From NCBI GenBank assembly GCA_018303655.1, contig JAGVXT010000007.1:18228-82227 (forward strand): DNA of 64,000 nucleotides, read 5' to 3'. The position numbers and the translations under genes are program-made. This document shows, piece after piece, positions 27,899-37,793 of the stretch. Source of the stretch: Candidatus Woesearchaeota archaeon. Its GTDB lineage: Archaea > Nanobdellota > Nanobdellia > Woesearchaeales > GW2011-AR4. A model generated the notes under the pieces. It saw only the letters and a program-made list of their open reading frames with translations, did no database searches and had not been told where the DNA came from. How positions within the stretch are numbered: the stretch's first letter is position 1; each line of letters starts with the position of its first letter.

Positions 27899-28684
27899 TC
27901 AAGAAGTAGCTTGTCTAATTCTATCAGCAAGAGTTTTAATACTATCTAACGCCTCGCGCCTTCTACGTTCCACACTGGCAGCGAGTATAGGGTCTGTTGC
28001 AATTTTGTGCAAGCTAACTTCTAGTTCAGAAAAACTAAATCCTTGTTTTTCTCCTAACACTTCTGGCTCTTTGCCAAATTTTGTCAAGTTATCTGGAGGG
28101 GTAGCCCCATAAAATTTTTTTACATTTGCATCATAAATTTCTGATGCTTCTGCAGCAACGTTAGCAAAATCGTTAGAAACTCTGTAAACTCTTTCATAGG
28201 CATCATATACTTTTTCTAAATCTGTATTGTTATGTTTTTTTAATGCCCATAACAAATCAAGCTGACTGCCACTGACATCTTTTAATTTCTTAAGTCTGAG
28301 TAATTGTTCCGCAAATGCGATTTTTCCGTAAGTCTTAGCTACACTTCTAAAGAATCTTTGGACAATCTCGACTGGCAAATATTTTTCATCATGAAATTCT
28401 GCAAATTTAGATGCTATAGTAAAGGAAATTTGCTGTTGCTCATCAAGAAGGTCTGCTATGTCGGCTAATTGTACAATATCTGCCGACTTAATCAAGCCGG
28501 CTTTAATCAGATTAACAGAAGGTTCTTGATCTTTGAATTTCCTGACAGCTTTACTATAGAACGGGTCAAAAATTAAAGTTTGCTTTTGATGGTCAGCAGC
28601 TCTTATATGGTATGATCCGTCATTATTACTTGTGATATACACACCAATCGCAACTGGTAATTCTGTCGATGATTCTTTGCTCAT
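27899..28684 (-). CDS. Hypothetical protein (261 aa), last gene of the DUF5131-TcmP island
   Basis: ORF with no recognisable motif, mostly helical. Confidence 0.4.
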   Translation of the reverse strand: MSKESSTELPVAIGVYITSNNDGSYHIRAADHQKQTLIFDPFYSKAVRKFKDQEPSVNLIKAGLIKSADIVQLADIADLLDEQQQISFTIASKFAEFHDEKYLPVEIVQRFFRSVAKTYGKIAFAEQLLRLKKLKDVSGSQLDLLWALKKHNNTDLEKVYDAYERVYRVSNDFANVAAEASEIYDANVKKFYGATPPDNLTKFGKEPEVLGEKQGFSFSELEVSLHKIATDPILAASVERRRREALDSIKTLADRIRQATS

Positions 28685-28740
28685 ATATCTGGTATTTGTT
28701 GAATATTTAAAAAAGTTACCATTTTAGAGAAGTATACAAA

Positions 28741-29001
28741 TTAGTTTCTTTTTTCAGGGATTATATAATCCATTTTTAATGCTTTGAAAATATCCCTTTC
28801 AGTAGTTGCTATAATAGAACCAGTTTTATTGTCTATCACTCCATTCGCTGTTAATTTTAACCCCATAGATTGTGCCCTAGTGGTTAATTTAACGTTATGT
28901 TCTTTGCTTCCGGTTCTTATCAAGAGTAAAGGCTCGTAATTTTCCTTGTTTCCTATGTAAACATCAACTTGTACATTGTCTTTTGTTATTAATCTCAACA
29001 A
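28741..29001 (-). pseudogene. PolX-family (DNA polymerase beta-like) thumb-domain fragment, probably a decayed remnant
   Basis: LLIRTGSKEHNVKLTTRAQSMGLKL...ERDIFKALKMDYIIPEKR resembles the PolX C-terminus (TGS..HN...A...G..L...E..IF..LG..YI.PE.R). No catalytic palm is present. A palm-like stretch (IRGRRYKIVEI) sits upstream in another frame. Confidence 0.45.
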
Positions 29002-29075
29002 TTTTGTACCTTCTTCCTCTTATAATATATTGTGCTATCTTTCTTAGAATTTGTTCACCTCTTTTTTTGGCTTCA

Positions 29076-30008
29076 TCAAGTTTCATAATAAATATTTAAA
29101 TCTCTTTGTCCTCTTTTTAGTTTATCTAATGCAATTTTTACTGCTTCCTTAGAATTTGATTCTATTTCTTTCTTTGCTGTATGTAAACCCCTCATCCATT
29201 GATTATTCCCTTTCGTTTTTTTTGTTATAAACATTAAATCATAATACTTATCAATTCTAACAGTTTGAATCAGTGCATTAGGCCTCACACTCATTATATT
29301 TTCGGAATATATATCGGCAACATCTCTTTCTGCACTCTTCCAAGAATCCTTACCAAAAAAATTGTCCAATACGGTACTTTTGTTAGAAGGCAAGGCGAAA
29401 GCTGCATTTCTTGCGCGATTTATACTATTCGTCATAAACGTAAATAAAATATCGCATTTACAGTTTAAAACCTTCTCCATAGATTCCCATGTAAAATCCA
29501 AAGCATATGGATCTATAAAGAAAAAACTGTGTGAATTCTTAACCTTTGTAATTTTTGATAAAACATCATCAACAGATTTATTACAATCTTCTTGAGAAAT
29601 TTCACAATTTTTTACACCTAATGCGTTGATACGCTTTAATAAAGTAGTGTTATATCTAACGTTGTTCTCACAAAAAAATAATTTAGTAAATTTATCTTTA
29701 TGATTTAAAATAGCTATAAAAGGAGAACCAATCATGGTATCTTTATTTGACCTTAATCTATTTAAGCCAGTCCCTGCAAACATATCTATATAAAACATAT
29801 TTTCAAAGAATTTCTTGCTTTGGATATATTTATGAATTATGCTGGAATAAATATTCAAAGTATAATTAAAGAAAATTAATTTTAATGGAGTAGCTTCCTC
29901 GAAATCGTTGCATATATTTGGATCGATGTTCTCTATTTTCTGAATTTCACTCTTAAATTTAGAAGAAGTGTCGAGTAAATCTTTAATTTGTTTATCTAAC
30001 CATGTCAT
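29076..30008 (-). CDS. tcmP: Three-Cys-motif partner protein TcmP-like (methyltransferase-fold-like)
   Basis: The motifs IDMFAGTGLN and FFFIDPY, and a position immediately downstream of a Gp37/Gp68 (DUF5131) gene. Confidence 0.55.
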   Translation of the reverse strand: MTWLDKQIKDLLDTSSKFKSEIQKIENIDPNICNDFEEATPLKLIFFNYTLNIYSSIIHKYIQSKKFFENMFYIDMFAGTGLNRLRSNKDTMIGSPFIAILNHKDKFTKLFFCENNVRYNTTLLKRINALGVKNCEISQEDCNKSVDDVLSKITKVKNSHSFFFIDPYALDFTWESMEKVLNCKCDILFTFMTNSINRARNAAFALPSNKSTVLDNFFGKDSWKSAERDVADIYSENIMSVRPNALIQTVRIDKYYDLMFITKKTKGNNQWMRGLHTAKKEIESNSKEAVKIALDKLKRGQRDLNIYYET

Positions 30009-30009
30009 T

Positions 30010-30768
30010 TTAAATTTTTACCTTAAGTAAAGGTTCTTCTGGATACTCATCATAGATTCTTCCATCTAAAGTTCTTCCGCCTGATTTAGAAGTCAATCCC
30101 CCCCATTGCTTGAAGAAGAATGCAGTTCCATATTTCCTGCATTGTTTTCTTATTTCATGAATCCATTCTTTCTTAATTGGTCTATGATGAGGACCGGATT
30201 CTCCACCAGCTATAGCCCAATGTATGCCTTTTAGGTTTACTTTGACCACTGGTCCTATTAAAGGCTCAAAACTGATGAATTTTATTGCAGCTTTAACTTT
30301 TTTTAATTCGTTTAACCTATATAAAACTTTATCATTTTCTATGGAAGTTCCAAGCCATACATTTGGCAGTATTTTTTTATAATATTCATTCGTAAACTGC
30401 CTCATTAAATGTGGTCTTTTGGTCAAAATCTGGAAAGTATGCCAATTTGCTCTTTCCATAGTGTCAAAAACCTTCTTAGTAAAAGAAAATGGCACTTGGT
30501 CATGGAATAAATCCGACATACTATTAACAAAAATTGTTTTAGGTTCTTTCCATCGCAATGGTAATTCTATATCCTTTTCATGTAGAGTTAGTTTAAAACC
30601 ATTTCTGTATTTGCCATTTGGATTCATCATCTGCAATCTTTTTGCAAGGCGTTCAGCGTAACAAAAAGCGCATCCAGCGCTTACTTTAGTGCATCCCGTT
30701 ACAGGATTCCAACTAGAATCAGTCCACTCTATACCCCTTTTTTCCCCCATTTTTTTATAATGTTCCAT
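30010..30768 (-). CDS. Phage Gp37/Gp68 family (DUF5131) three-Cys-motif protein
   Basis: IEWTDSSWNPVTGCTKVSAGCAFCYAE is the family signature. Confidence 0.8.
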   Translation of the reverse strand: MEHYKKMGEKRGIEWTDSSWNPVTGCTKVSAGCAFCYAERLAKRLQMMNPNGKYRNGFKLTLHEKDIELPLRWKEPKTIFVNSMSDLFHDQVPFSFTKKVFDTMERANWHTFQILTKRPHLMRQFTNEYYKKILPNVWLGTSIENDKVLYRLNELKKVKAAIKFISFEPLIGPVVKVNLKGIHWAIAGGESGPHHRPIKKEWIHEIRKQCRKYGTAFFFKQWGGLTSKSGGRTLDGRIYDEYPEEPLLKVKI

Positions 30769-30901
30769 CTTTAGTCTTTAAATATATATTGATTTACTTT
30801 AAATATTTCACACAAGAATGTCCAGTGTCCAGTGCTATTCCAATATATAGATTGGAGTATAATCATAAAGATTTATAAATCAATTAAAAGTAAGGCAAGG
30901 T

Positions 30902-31468
30902 ATGCCAAAACCCACAATCAACTTCGTAACCAGCAATCCTGGCAAAGTAAAGGAATTTAAGCAAATTCTGGGGTCGGAAATCAAGGTCAATCACATAAAA
31001 ATTTCTTATCCTGAAATAAGAAGTGACAATCCTGAAGAAATTGCAAGATCGTCTGCAGAAATGCTCGCAAATAAATTGAAAAAAAATGTTGTTGTTGAGG
31101 ATTCTGGATTGTTTATCAAGGCATTGAATGATTTTCCAGGCACTTGCTCTTCTTATATACATAAAAGAATAGGGTTGCAAGGAATAATCAAGCTGATGGA
31201 AAGCATAAAAAACAGGGAATGCACTTACAAAAGCGCTGTTGCCTATTGCGAGCATGGAAAAAAGCCAATAAGCTTTCTGGGTGAAGAAAAAGGAAAGGTT
31301 GCAGAAAAAGTTAGAGGTAATTTTGGCTTTGGCCACGACCCAATATTCATGCCAGAAGGAATTAATAAAACCTATGGCGAGATAAAAAATTGTGAAGAAG
31401 TCAAGCAGTTTAGGAGAAGAGCTGTATTAAAAGTGAGAGAGTACTTATTGAAAAGGAAAAAATTATAA
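30902..31468 (+). CDS. rdgB: Non-canonical purine NTP pyrophosphatase (HAM1/RdgB, ITPase)
   Basis: INFVTSNPGKVKEF and FGHDPIF. Confidence 0.85.
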   Translation: MPKPTINFVTSNPGKVKEFKQILGSEIKVNHIKISYPEIRSDNPEEIARSSAEMLANKLKKNVVVEDSGLFIKALNDFPGTCSSYIHKRIGLQGIIKLMESIKNRECTYKSAVAYCEHGKKPISFLGEEKGKVAEKVRGNFGFGHDPIFMPEGINKTYGEIKNCEEVKQFRRRAVLKVREYLLKRKKL

Positions 31469-31483
31469 AGAATAATTTGTTTT

Positions 31484-31945
31484 GTGATTACTATGAATGT
31501 TTCAACTGGAAGCAAAAGTTTGGCAGATTTGGTAAAAGCTATCCCTATTCCGGCATTATTTCGAAGAGAAGAAAGAGAGCTTGTAAATGCAAAAATAAGG
31601 CCTTTTAGTGTAAAAGATGGCTCTCTCAACTTAGGCCTCTATGATTTGCCGCCCAATGCCAGAAATTCCCATATATACTATGAGGTTCATTTACCAATTG
31701 ATGGCCCGTTGGTTATGGAGCTGCGCGAGAAATTTGCAGAATTCAGGGAAGGTACATTCAAAGGGGAGTTTATACTATCCGAGGCGTGGTTGCTTGATGT
31801 TTTTGGGAAAGATTTAGCAGAATTGGAAGGCGAGATTGCAGTTGGAAATTCCACATATACAACAAAATTTAATGCAGACAGCTGTTCTATTCCATTCGGG
31901 TTTTTTCCTTACCTGTATCTAGTAGAAATTCAGAGGAAAATTTAA
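31484..31945 (+). CDS. Hypothetical protein
   Basis: ORF only. Confidence 0.35.
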   Translation: MITMNVSTGSKSLADLVKAIPIPALFRREERELVNAKIRPFSVKDGSLNLGLYDLPPNARNSHIYYEVHLPIDGPLVMELREKFAEFREGTFKGEFILSEAWLLDVFGKDLAELEGEIAVGNSTYTTKFNADSCSIPFGFFPYLYLVEIQRKI

Positions 31946-31946
31946 A

Positions 31947-32522
31947 ATGCTCCAGAAAATAAAAGACTTGATGAAAACAAAAGAGGAAATAGATTCAATA
32001 AATAAAAATGTAGAAGAAAACAGCAGGATTGTTTCTGATTTAAAGCTGGAACTGGAAGCATTAAGAAAAGAGCTAAGCGAAAACAAAAAATTGCAGGATG
32101 AGTTCCTGAAAAACTTCAGGGAAAATCTAACTGTTATAAAAAATCTAAGGGAAGATTTTGGAAAGGAATTGGTTGAGTTCAAGCTATTGAAAGGGCAATT
32201 GCAAAGAAAAATTCTAGAGAAATTTGAAGAAGAATTGCAGAAAGACCTGGAAGTCAACAGGGAAGCCTTAAAGAAAGACACGCAAGATTACACTGAATTA
32301 AGAAAAAAAGTTGCTGAAATTCTTTCAAGATTAAATCTGACAACAGAGGAAATAACTAAATTTGTTGAGATAGGCAGAAATATCAAAAAAGAGGACTTTG
32401 AGCTGACAAAGTTTGCAAGGCACCTGCTTGAAATGGACAGGGAAAAGTTGGAATTGATGCGAAAGATTGACACTCTTGAAAGGCTTGTTTCCAAAATAAG
32501 GAGAAGGGAACTAGTCAGGTAA
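31947..32522 (+). CDS. Hypothetical coiled-coil protein
   Basis: ORF rich in E, K and L heptads. Confidence 0.35.
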   Translation: MLQKIKDLMKTKEEIDSINKNVEENSRIVSDLKLELEALRKELSENKKLQDEFLKNFRENLTVIKNLREDFGKELVEFKLLKGQLQRKILEKFEEELQKDLEVNREALKKDTQDYTELRKKVAEILSRLNLTTEEITKFVEIGRNIKKEDFELTKFARHLLEMDREKLELMRKIDTLERLVSKIRRRELVR

Positions 32523-32734
32523 AGAATTAAAGTCTATAAGGAGGTGTTCGCCCCAGGCAAGAGGATTGCCACAGCCTGGGGCTGAGATGAGATGTTTCAA
32601 TAGCCTTCAAAGCATCACCTCGTTATTGGTTAGATTTGAAAAAAGAATATATCCCATGTTTATATACAATGTGAACATTACTTCTGAAAGTATCTTTCAT
32701 AAGCTTTATAAAGCATGAATTCAGAGCTGTCTGC

Positions 32735-33433
32735 ATGGTGAAGGTTGTTTTCAGCCCGAAATGGTTCTGGGGGAAAGACATTTTCATCGATGCTATCGCC
32801 TTGCTGGTACTGTTGTCCATAGCAATCTTTGCCACAAGATACTACAGAATAAAGAAGAGCAGGAATTACCTGTATCTTGCGCTTTCATTCTATCTGATTG
32901 CACTGTCATTTTTTTCAAAGATACTGATTAATTTCACAATATATTACCAGGTGCTTCATACTCAGATTGTAGGCTCAATTGAATACACCCAAGTCATACT
33001 GAAATCATCTGAGATACTTGCTGCCAGCGGCCTGTTCCTCTACAGGCTGTTTACCCTGCTTGGGTTTTTCGTGCTGTACTCTATATATGAAAAGCAATCC
33101 AAAGCAAATGTAATCTTGATGATATATTTCATTGTAATATCCATTTTCTTCAGCAAAGAGGAGTATTATGTCTTTTACCTGACAAGTTTTATCCTATTGG
33201 GAGTAATTTCCAACAGATACTACCAGAATTACAGGAAAAACAAAAAAAAGACTTCGGGAATGCTTGCAGCCAGCTTTTCAGTAATAGCCTTAAGCCAGCT
33301 TTTTTTCATGTTTGTGAATTTTACAAAACATTTTTATGTTGCAGGGGAGGTGATACAGCTTATAGGGTATATCATATTATTGGTGGCTTTCGTCACGGTG
33401 CTCAAACATGGAAGGGAAAAGAACAAGGGTTGA
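32735..33433 (+). CDS. Integral membrane protein
   Basis: About 7 hydrophobic segments. Confidence 0.45.
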   Translation: MVKVVFSPKWFWGKDIFIDAIALLVLLSIAIFATRYYRIKKSRNYLYLALSFYLIALSFFSKILINFTIYYQVLHTQIVGSIEYTQVILKSSEILAASGLFLYRLFTLLGFFVLYSIYEKQSKANVILMIYFIVISIFFSKEEYYVFYLTSFILLGVISNRYYQNYRKNKKKTSGMLAASFSVIALSQLFFMFVNFTKHFYVAGEVIQLIGYIILLVAFVTVLKHGREKNKG

Positions 33434-33680
33434 CATCATAGGGGATATGCTCTCTTCCATAGTAAGCAAAGGCGGGCAGATAAAGCCCACCCATCTGATG
33501 TACAAGTCAAATATGTCGCATGGGCAGATGAAGACTTATATCGATGACTTGGTGCAGAAAGACCTTGTAAAGAAGGTGAAAAAGGGCAACTTTGATTATG
33601 TCATTATAACTGACAAGGGGCATGGGTTATTGCAGAAATTGAGGGAGATGAAGGAATTTGAAAATGCATTCGGGCTCTAG
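33408..33680 (+). CDS. Winged helix-turn-helix protein (HTH_45-like)
   Basis: IIGDML....G..KPTHLMYKSNMSH.Q...YI..L....L, typical of small archaeal wHTH proteins. Confidence 0.55.
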   Translation: MEGKRTRVDIIGDMLSSIVSKGGQIKPTHLMYKSNMSHGQMKTYIDDLVQKDLVKKVKKGNFDYVIITDKGHGLLQKLREMKEFENAFGL

Positions 33681-33716
33681 GCAAAATATATAAACAATAA
33701 ATAAAATTATTGTTCT

Positions 33717-34001
33717 ATGGAAGTTGACAGGAAGCTTTTGGAGCACGTTGCCGAGCTTGCAAGAATAAAGCTGAATGATGATGAAATAAAAAAATTTTTG
33801 CCCCAGCTGAAGGAAGCCTTGGAATTCTTTTCTAAATTAAAGGAGATTGATACAGACAATGTTAAGCCAAGCTTCCAGCCTGTTGAGCTGAAGAATGCAA
33901 TGCGCGAAGACAATGAAGAAAAGTGCCTTTCCCAGGATGATTCCTTGTCATTGACAGAGCACAAGAAAGACGGCTATTTCAGGGGACCAAAGGCGATTTG
34001 A
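33717..34001 (+). CDS. gatC: Asp/Glu-tRNA amidotransferase subunit C
   Basis: VAELARIKLNDDEIKKF...L...F..L.E.DT..V.P. Confidence 0.8.
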   Translation: MEVDRKLLEHVAELARIKLNDDEIKKFLPQLKEALEFFSKLKEIDTDNVKPSFQPVELKNAMREDNEEKCLSQDDSLSLTEHKKDGYFRGPKAI

Positions 34002-35437
34002 TGGAAAGTGTCCATGATTTCATAAAAAAAGTGAAGGATGGGGAAATTGACATTGTTGAGCATACATATAGATTAATAGAAGAATGTAAGGAAATAAACA
34101 AAGAACATAATTACCTAAACACAATTTCCGAAGAGCAGGCATTGGATTCTGCAAGGGAAATAAAAATCCAGCTAAAGCAAAACAAAGATATAAAAAACAA
34201 GAAACTGCTTGGGGTTGCAGTTTCTGCAAAGGATGCTATCTGCGTCAGGGATGTTGAGACAACTGCTGGCTCCAAAATTCTTCAAAACTACAAGCCGCTG
34301 TTTGATGCATTTGTAATCCAAAGAGTAAAGGAGGAAGGCGGCATAATAATAGGCAAAACTTCCCAGGATGAGTTTGGGTTTGGAGGCTTCAGCGTCAATG
34401 TTGGCAAGGGCTTCAAAATTCCAAAAAACCCTTTTGATAGTGAAAGAAGCTGCGGCGGCTCAAGTGGCGGGGCAGCTGGATTGACCCAAAAATTAAGCAA
34501 TCATATTGCATTAGGCGAATCTACCGGAGGCTCAATTGTGGAGCCAGCTTCCTTTTGCGGAGTTTATGGATTATGTCCAACATATGGAAGAGTATCAAGA
34601 TATGGATTGATTGACTTTTCAAACTCAATGGACAAGATAGGCTCAATAGGAAAAACAATTGAGGACGCTGCATTGCTGATGAATGTCATTTCCGGCTACG
34701 ATAAAAAAGACAGCACTTCATTGAATGTTAAGACTGATGATTATGAAAAATATCTTAAAAAGCCAATCAGGGGAATGAAAATTGGCATTATAAAGGAGGC
34801 ATTTGGTCAGGGAGTTGAAAGGGAAGTTGAAAAAAATGTCTGCAATGGAATTGAAGAGCTTGAGGAGGAAGGCGCAAAAGCAGAGGAAATTTCGCTGGAA
34901 CTGCCGATAAAATACGGCATTGCCACTTATTACATGATTGCAACAAGCGAGGCAAGCACAAATCTTGCAAAATTCTGCGGAATGCGTTATGGCGCAGTTG
35001 AAAAGCTTGAAGGCTCTTTTAATGAGTATTTCACAAAAGTCAGGAGCAATAATTTTGGCGATGAGGCAAAGCGAAGAATCATTCTAGGCACATTTGCAAG
35101 AATGGCGGGCTACAGGGACGCTTTTTATCTTAAAGCAATGAAAGTGAGGACTTTGATGATTAATGAATACAAGAAAGCATTCAAAAAGTTTGATGCATTG
35201 ATTTCGCCGACAGCTTCAATTCTGCCTCCAAGATTTGAGGATATTGAAAAATTAACCCCGCTGCAGCATTACATGATAGACATCATGACAGTAAGTCCAA
35301 ATGTTGCCGGGCTGCCGCACCTGAACGTTCCAGTCGGCTTTGAAAAAAACCTTCCGATCGGAATGCTTTTGATTGCAGACCACCTGCAGGAAGGAAAACT
35401 GATACAATTGGGAAGCGCAGTGGAGCATGGGAAATGA
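33998..35437 (+). CDS. gatA: Asp/Glu-tRNA amidotransferase subunit A
   Basis: Amidase signature GGSSGGAA and KDAICV. Confidence 0.9.
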   Translation: MMESVHDFIKKVKDGEIDIVEHTYRLIEECKEINKEHNYLNTISEEQALDSAREIKIQLKQNKDIKNKKLLGVAVSAKDAICVRDVETTAGSKILQNYKPLFDAFVIQRVKEEGGIIIGKTSQDEFGFGGFSVNVGKGFKIPKNPFDSERSCGGSSGGAAGLTQKLSNHIALGESTGGSIVEPASFCGVYGLCPTYGRVSRYGLIDFSNSMDKIGSIGKTIEDAALLMNVISGYDKKDSTSLNVKTDDYEKYLKKPIRGMKIGIIKEAFGQGVEREVEKNVCNGIEELEEEGAKAEEISLELPIKYGIATYYMIATSEASTNLAKFCGMRYGAVEKLEGSFNEYFTKVRSNNFGDEAKRRIILGTFARMAGYRDAFYLKAMKVRTLMINEYKKAFKKFDALISPTASILPPRFEDIEKLTPLQHYMIDIMTVSPNVAGLPHLNVPVGFEKNLPIGMLLIADHLQEGKLIQLGSAVEHGK

Positions 35438-35784
35438 ACAGGAGAGATTTCATCGGAGGATTAATTGCAATTACTTTACTCAGAACAACTACTGCCCATG
35501 CCCATGATATCAGCTGGAAGATACAGGAAGATTTGATGCAAATGATAAATAGCGGAAAATACATGAGGTATAAGGACACGGATTTAGTTGATGTGCTTAT
35601 TGAATATCAGCCAAGGTATTCTGCTGAGGACTGGGTAGTTATTTCAGACATTGGAGGTAAAAGAGAGCCTCGCAGCCAAAATACCATAAGGGCTGGGTTG
35701 CCAAGGGACAAAATCAAGGAGTATGCAAAAAGACCTAACGTTAAGCTGATAGTCCCGAATTATTATGGAGAAGGGTTCAAATGA
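35434..35784 (+). CDS. Small hypothetical protein with a twin-arginine-like signal peptide, embedded between gatA and gatB
   Basis: MNRRDFIGGLIAITLLRTTTAHA, with ATGA overlaps to both neighbouring genes. Confidence 0.5.
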   Translation: MNRRDFIGGLIAITLLRTTTAHAHDISWKIQEDLMQMINSGKYMRYKDTDLVDVLIEYQPRYSAEDWVVISDIGGKREPRSQNTIRAGLPRDKIKEYAKRPNVKLIVPNYYGEGFK

Positions 35785-37196
35785 AACACTTCACAAACGA
35801 TATAGTAATCGGACTTGAAATCCATGCAGAGCTGGACACAAAAACAAAATTATTTTGCTCCTGCCCAACTCATGGAAGCGAAGAGCCGAATGCAAGAACT
35901 TGCGAAACATGCCTGGGAATGCCGGGCTCAAAGCCTGTCCTGAACAAAAAAGCAGTTGAGTTTGCGTTAAGATTATGCTTGGCTTTAAACTGCGAAATTT
36001 CTCCTGAACTGATATTCTCAAGAAAATCTTATTTCTATCCGGACATGTCTAAGAATTACCAGATTTCTCAATACGAAATACCCCTTGGCAAGCAAGGAAT
36101 CTTAAAACTAAGAGACGGCAAAGAAATCGGCATTACAAGGGTACACATGGAAGAAGATCCTGCATCATTAATTCATCCTGCAGGCCTGAAAGAATCGCAA
36201 TATGTCTTGGTGGATTACAACAGGAGCGGCAATCCACTGGTAGAAATAGTAACAGAGCCTGATTTGGCATCTCCTGATGAGGCAAGGGATTTCATGAAGC
36301 AATTAATAACAGTTCTGAATTACCTTGAAATTTTTGACATTAATGATGGAATAATAAAAGCTGATGCTAATGTTTCAATCAAGGAAAGCGATTATGCAAG
36401 GGTTGAGATAAAAAATATAACAGGATTCAAGGAAATTGAAAGGGCCTTGATGTATGAAGTAAGCAGGCAGCAGGATGAAACAAGCCACCATAAAAAAATC
36501 GAGCAGGAAACAAGGGCATGGGACTCAGAAAAAGGGATTACATTTACTTTGAGAAAAAAGGAAACAGAGGAGGATTACGGATATATAATTGACACAGACT
36601 TGACTGTTGTTGAAATAACAGGCAAATTGGTTAAGGAAATAAAAAAAGAAATGCCTGAACTTGCTCAAGACAAAGTAAGGAAATTTGTTGAAAAGCACAA
36701 GATAAAGAAAGAAGACGCTGAGATTATTGCTGCTGAAAAAGGATTGGCAGAAATGTTCGAGAAAGTTGCAGAGGAAATTAACCCAATTCTTGCTGCAAAA
36801 TGGCTGAGAAGAGAGCTTGTCAGAGTCTTGAATTACAACAAAAAAGAATTGCATGAAGTAGAAATTGATGAAAAGCACATTATTGATTTATTAAAATTAG
36901 TCGAAAATAAAAAAATAACAGACAATGTTGCTTCTAAAATTTTGGAAAAACTTATTGAAAAACTATTTGACGTTAAAGAATACATTAAAAAAGAAAAACT
37001 AGAAGCTGTTTCTGACATTTCTGAGCTGGAAAAATACTGCAAGGAAGCAATTGAAGAAAACCCAAAAGCTATAGAAGACTACAAAAAAGGGGAGGCAAAA
37101 GCGCTGAACTTTATTGTCGGCTCTGTAATGAAAAAAACAAGGGGAAAAGCAACTCCTAAAGAGGTTAATGAGATAATTTTGAGATTGGTTGGATAA
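35781..37196 (+). CDS. gatB: Asp/Glu-tRNA amidotransferase subunit B
   Basis: IGLEIHAEL.TKTKLFC.C, RVHMEEDPA, and a GatB_Yqey-type C-terminus. Confidence 0.9.
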   Translation: MKHFTNDIVIGLEIHAELDTKTKLFCSCPTHGSEEPNARTCETCLGMPGSKPVLNKKAVEFALRLCLALNCEISPELIFSRKSYFYPDMSKNYQISQYEIPLGKQGILKLRDGKEIGITRVHMEEDPASLIHPAGLKESQYVLVDYNRSGNPLVEIVTEPDLASPDEARDFMKQLITVLNYLEIFDINDGIIKADANVSIKESDYARVEIKNITGFKEIERALMYEVSRQQDETSHHKKIEQETRAWDSEKGITFTLRKKETEEDYGYIIDTDLTVVEITGKLVKEIKKEMPELAQDKVRKFVEKHKIKKEDAEIIAAEKGLAEMFEKVAEEINPILAAKWLRRELVRVLNYNKKELHEVEIDEKHIIDLLKLVENKKITDNVASKILEKLIEKLFDVKEYIKKEKLEAVSDISELEKYCKEAIEENPKAIEDYKKGEAKALNFIVGSVMKKTRGKATPKEVNEIILRLVG

Positions 37197-37201
37197 GTTT
37201 T

Positions 37202-37774
37202 TTAACCTGTTAATTTTCTTCCTAAGTATGATAAACCAAGCCAGATTTTTTTAGCAGGATTGTGGACATTAAGTAGGTTTAATTGACTACCTTGGAAATC
37301 CCAGTAAAAAGGACTATTCTGCAAATCCAGCATGCCTACACCTCCACGCTCGTATAATCCTTTTGATAATACTTCTTTAATATCAAAACCCTGACCTTGA
37401 TCTTCAATAGAAACTATATATCCCGTTGGTCCATCAAAAATTTTTACAGCAATTTTTAGTTCTTTTGCAAATTGATTTCCATGACAAATTGCATTGTATA
37501 TTAATTCATGTAGCAATCTGTCTAATTGCACATGGCTTATAGTGAATGTTCTTAAAACCATATCAATATTGTCATACAGTCGTGATGGATTTTGTGGGAT
37601 AGAATTAATTATTCTCAGGAGAAATGTTTTATATCTTTGCTCCTCATCACTATCAACTTTAAGGCCACGTTGCTGTGCAACAACACCAAAAGGACCAAAG
37701 CCATCAACAAATTCATAAACTTTTGGCGTACCTATATGTTTAAGCATTTCATCAAGACTTGCTTTTATTCTCAT
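37202..37774 (-). CDS. HATPase_c-like ATP-binding protein (RsbW/anti-sigma-kinase-like fold)
   Basis: N-box-like HELIYNAICHG and G1-box-like SIEDQGQGF. Confidence 0.45.
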   Translation of the reverse strand: MRIKASLDEMLKHIGTPKVYEFVDGFGPFGVVAQQRGLKVDSDEEQRYKTFLLRIINSIPQNPSRLYDNIDMVLRTFTISHVQLDRLLHELIYNAICHGNQFAKELKIAVKIFDGPTGYIVSIEDQGQGFDIKEVLSKGLYERGGVGMLDLQNSPFYWDFQGSQLNLLNVHNPAKKIWLGLSYLGRKLTG

Positions 37775-37793
37775 TTTAAATTGGTTTTAATAC

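Noticed and set aside
28741-29075. The PolX-like fragment as another intron-split gene
   Set aside because: Joining the upstream palm-like frame to the thumb ORF still lacks the catalytic Asp triad and most of the palm. No BHB was found at the frame switch, so a decayed remnant fits better.
30818-30840. Shared word ATGTCCAGTG(C/G)TATTC upstream of the DUF5131 gene and, at 46080..46095, upstream of the LAGLIDADG gene, as a possible mobile-element terminus
   Set aside because: A 16-mer with one mismatch is expected by chance many times among all position pairs in 64 kb of AT-biased DNA, and there is no further flanking similarity.
30884-31336. 150-aa minus-strand ORF
   Set aside because: It is antisense to the well-supported HAM1/ITPase gene. 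The many other antisense or overlapping ORFs in the track inside nrdJ, flaI, flaJ, aspS, herA and the giant gene were dismissed for the same reason.
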